Part shown: positions 60,991 through 64,000 of the stretch, piece after piece
Position numbering within the stretch: the stretch's first letter is position 1
Layout of the letters: every line of letters starts with the position of its first letter
DNA from: Phoronis australis
Taxonomy: Eukaryota > Animalia > Phoronida
Length of the DNA stretch: 64,000 nucleotides
NCBI GenBank assembly: GCA_002633005.1
Contig: NMRA01000940.1
Location: 28,901-92,900 of the forward strand
Reading direction: 5' to 3'
Translations under genes and position numbers: made by a program
Notes under the pieces: model-generated
What the model was told of the DNA's origin: nothing
Database searches by the model: none
What the model saw: only the letters and a program-made list of their open reading frames with translations

Positions 60991-63058
60991 TGTGATTTTG
61001 CCTTATTAAAGCACCTCGAAGACTAATTAGCAGTTAGAACCCAATGTGCAGGAAGTTATATTTTGAACTGAGTTTCAAAGTTTATATGCTGTATATTGTT
61101 TGTCTGCTGAGAAGTCATGGAAAAATATGAGCTACAATACAATACTTGTCGTGTACTTATGGACTTTATACTGAAAGCAGCCTTTATCATCCTCACTTCT
61201 TTCACATGACCTCTGCAGTGGATCATGCTTCCAACATGAGGCATTTATATAGTCAAGTAACAGCTGATCACCTGGAACAGGATACATGTACGTTTGCCCT
61301 CTGGAGGACTGGGAAGTAATATGAATTCACTCTTTAAACTTCTCACAACTAGTCACACACACTTATTCAAGTACGTTCCTCTGTTTCTACTACTGCTGAG
61401 GTGAAATATCTTCTCACTGGTAGCTGGTTCCTTGTTGTCAGCCCCCATTGCTACTCGAAAGTCTCCCATTTTTCACTTGTGTCAATCACAGCAAAATGCG
61501 CTCAGATAACAAAATGATAACATTAGGCAACCATACCACTTCAAAAGTGAAGTTATTGTGACATTGGCGGCTACATAACGTCCACGGAATGGCTCTGACC
61601 AGTGGTTTTGTATTTGCCTTGCCTGTAATTGCCAATGAATTTTTCACCTTGACACTGTCCTCCGCTTTCAACGCCCTGCATCAAAACCACTTGAAGATTC
61701 TTAAAGAAATGTTTGTTCAGACACACTCCACAGCTAACCCACAGTAAGCATCTTTGAAAACAGGACAATCACAGATAAAACCATAAATAAATGATCTTGT
61801 TCATACAACACTGCAAGATTTGGAACGTCGCAAGTGGGGAGAGGGCAACACGATTTTTGAAGGAAAATGTTATGAAAATGATTTGTCGGTGTTTTTTTTT
61901 GTTTTTAGCCGTGCAAATAAGATTACTGAGCTTTGTAAAACCAGTGAGATTTGAATTTCGACTCTCGCAAAAGGTGTCCTGCCAAAACTACTGCTATTTG
62001 CGTACTAAGTATCCTAATTCCATGACTACGAGCACTTTTTAGAAATAAAGTAGTGTACCATCGGTGCCTAGAAAATACGAAATTTGATGAATGATAAGTT
62101 GATTCGCCGTTTGCTGGCCAACTATTAACAAATGTTCACTTTTTGTTGACGTTTGTCGGCATTACTCATTGTGGTGAAATGGCGTAACCACCAGTCATTT
62201 TTTACTTCAAATGACATGAAATCCGTTCGCGCCAGGAAATTTTTTTGTCTTATTTTGTAGACCTAAAATAGCTCAACACACTGGTTGGCACTAAAATGTT
62301 CTGAAACCTGTGCCAGCTGAGATATCGGGATACGAATTTAGCCAATTTTGACAGTTTCAAAAATCACTAAAAGTACTCATCTTATGCGGCTCTAAAAACA
62401 GACAAAAAATTATCGAAATCTTTTAAATTTTCAGGAATAAAGTAGTCGAAGGTCACACCTGATCAATAACACACGTTCAATATTTCAACGTTACTTCCAC
62501 TGCGTAACGTAATTGTCGGAATTTTACTAAAACTTAACTGCCGCCAGGCTGAAAACTTGTCGGAAACAAATAGTATCCATGGAAACCAAAAGGGGGCGTT
62601 TTGAAAAAAAATAAAGGTGGTCTGGAGTCAGTGGGGCCAGTGCCATATCACAGACAAAATATAAAGAGAATCTGTGACATAGCGTTTATCACCCTCTGCC
62701 TGGTCCATTCGCGAACATGCTCTTAAGTCCTAAGATTTGAAAAGAGAACAAAGTGGTCAAAATGGTACCACGCCACCTTCGATTGGGATAAATTACAATT
62801 TTATTGGAGTACTCGAGATATCAGTTACAAACGTACCGTGTTCTGACTGGTTTCAAAAGACCCTTCAGAGGCGTCACCATAGATGCAGCTGAGACACTTA
62901 ATACGACGGGAGTTTTCAAGAAAACCAACTCTGCATTGGAAAATCAGCCAACCTTTAAATAACGGCTATGTAAAGTGGTAAAACAAAAGTAAAAAGTTCT
63001 ACTTGCAGTAACATTTAATTATCATATTTAATCGTTATCTTCATGTTCTGGCTTGCAG

Positions 63059-63156
63059 AAGACAGTCCCCCTGAACAGCAGTCATATAACCAGAGCGATG
63101 CAAAGTTGTCGATTCCTTCAACAAAGAGACACCGGTCTTCCGGCGATGGTGACGAG
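63059..63156 (+). CDS. Putative internal exon of the + strand gene
   Basis: cttgcag acceptor, GAG|gtaatc donor, open frame DSPPEQQSYNQSDAKLSIPSTKRHRSSGDGDE. Confidence 0.55.
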
Positions 63157-63615
63157 GTAATCCTACACGGAACTTTAAAATAACTTCATGGGAAACAAAC
63201 GCATGTGCAACAATTGTTTTGTTTGACACACCGTAAACTCGAACATGCAGTTATCGGAACGAAAGAGCCTGTCTAGGCCATCTTGATACATGTACAATGG
63301 GCTTCTAGCAGGTGATAGCGGGAAATGTTACTTACAACATGGCAAAAAGCAAAAAACAAAAAAATTAATGGCCGAGCAGAAGGAAGGTCACTGTGCACAA
63401 GCGGCACCTGGTGTGAATCACGATTTTACTTCCAGCACGTACATGTAAGTCGTCTGCTCGTGGGGCCTCTTTTGGGAATTCCATATGAAAATATCAGAGT
63501 TGCGAACCTGTTGTTTATGATCAGATATTTCAAATAAGTTTCAAAACGTCCACGTTATGTACTCTCCTACTGGTGAAGTCAACGAAGCTGACCGGTTTCT
63601 TGTCTTTTGGTTTAG

Positions 63616-63682
63616 GATGTCAAACGAATACGAAGCGAAAATACGAAAGAACAGACATTCCCAATTGCAGTGATTGGCATAG
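63616..63682 (+). CDS. Putative exon encoding the start of a ketosynthase-like (PKS/FAS) or Rossmann-fold domain
   Basis: ttttggtttag acceptor, perfect AG|gtaagt donor; DVKRIRSENTKEQTFPIAVIGI(G); phase 0 fits the previous exon. Confidence 0.6.
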
Positions 63683-64000
63683 GTAAGTAAAAGCCTTAGG
63701 TTTTCTTTTTCCACTCCTCCCAAAGCATACGTGCTAAGCAATACTTCATGTATGATATTTTAATACATTTACCATGAGAAAAGCAAATGAATAAGCAGTA
63801 ACACCAAGACTATGTAGCGGCATTGGCATTACCAACGACAGTAGTGTCAGCATCCATAACATCACCCGGTAAAAGCTAGCAAATGTAACACATTTAAGAC
63901 ACAGGTGGGCTTAGGGGGTGCCCCCACCCTCGGCTGCCTCAAACAAAATGGAACAACAACAGCGTGAGGACCGGTAGCGGATGAAGGGGGGGGGGGGGGG

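Noticed and set aside
61320-61770. Coding-looking minus-strand stretch
   Set aside because: Stops in all frames, no recognisable motif and no convincing splice pair

Overview
AT-rich, intron-containing animal genomic DNA (probably a bilaterian invertebrate; not prokaryotic) with three N-gaps. Gene content reconstructed by hand from GT-AG splice sites and reading-frame phase: (1) the last two coding exons of MAT2B on +; (2) a complete 18-exon GUF1/EF-4 (LepA) mitochondrial GTPase gene on - (22544..4062, 2016 nt, 671 aa); (3) a complete 8-exon CD73/NT5E-like GPI-anchored ecto-5'-nucleotidase on - (44176..27334, 1812 nt, 603 aa); (4) a + strand gene absent from the ORF track, whose three short phase-compatible exons end in FPIAVIGI(G). 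That motif resembles the start of a type I PKS/FAS ketosynthase domain, and the gene continues past the window end. Introns and intergenic DNA are rich in mobile elements: a young Kolobok-type element (TTAA TSD, ~260-bp TIRs, THAP ORF) about 85 bp past the GUF1 stop, a triple-nested transposon, three Penelope-like relics with inverted hammerhead-ribozyme termini, several MITEs with 5-bp TSDs, a Helentron/HINE-like tandem array carrying CTCF-consensus motifs, an RTE LINE tail and tRNA-derived SINE heads. No CRISPR array, rRNA or intact tRNA was seen. All identifications come from reading motifs; no database search was run.
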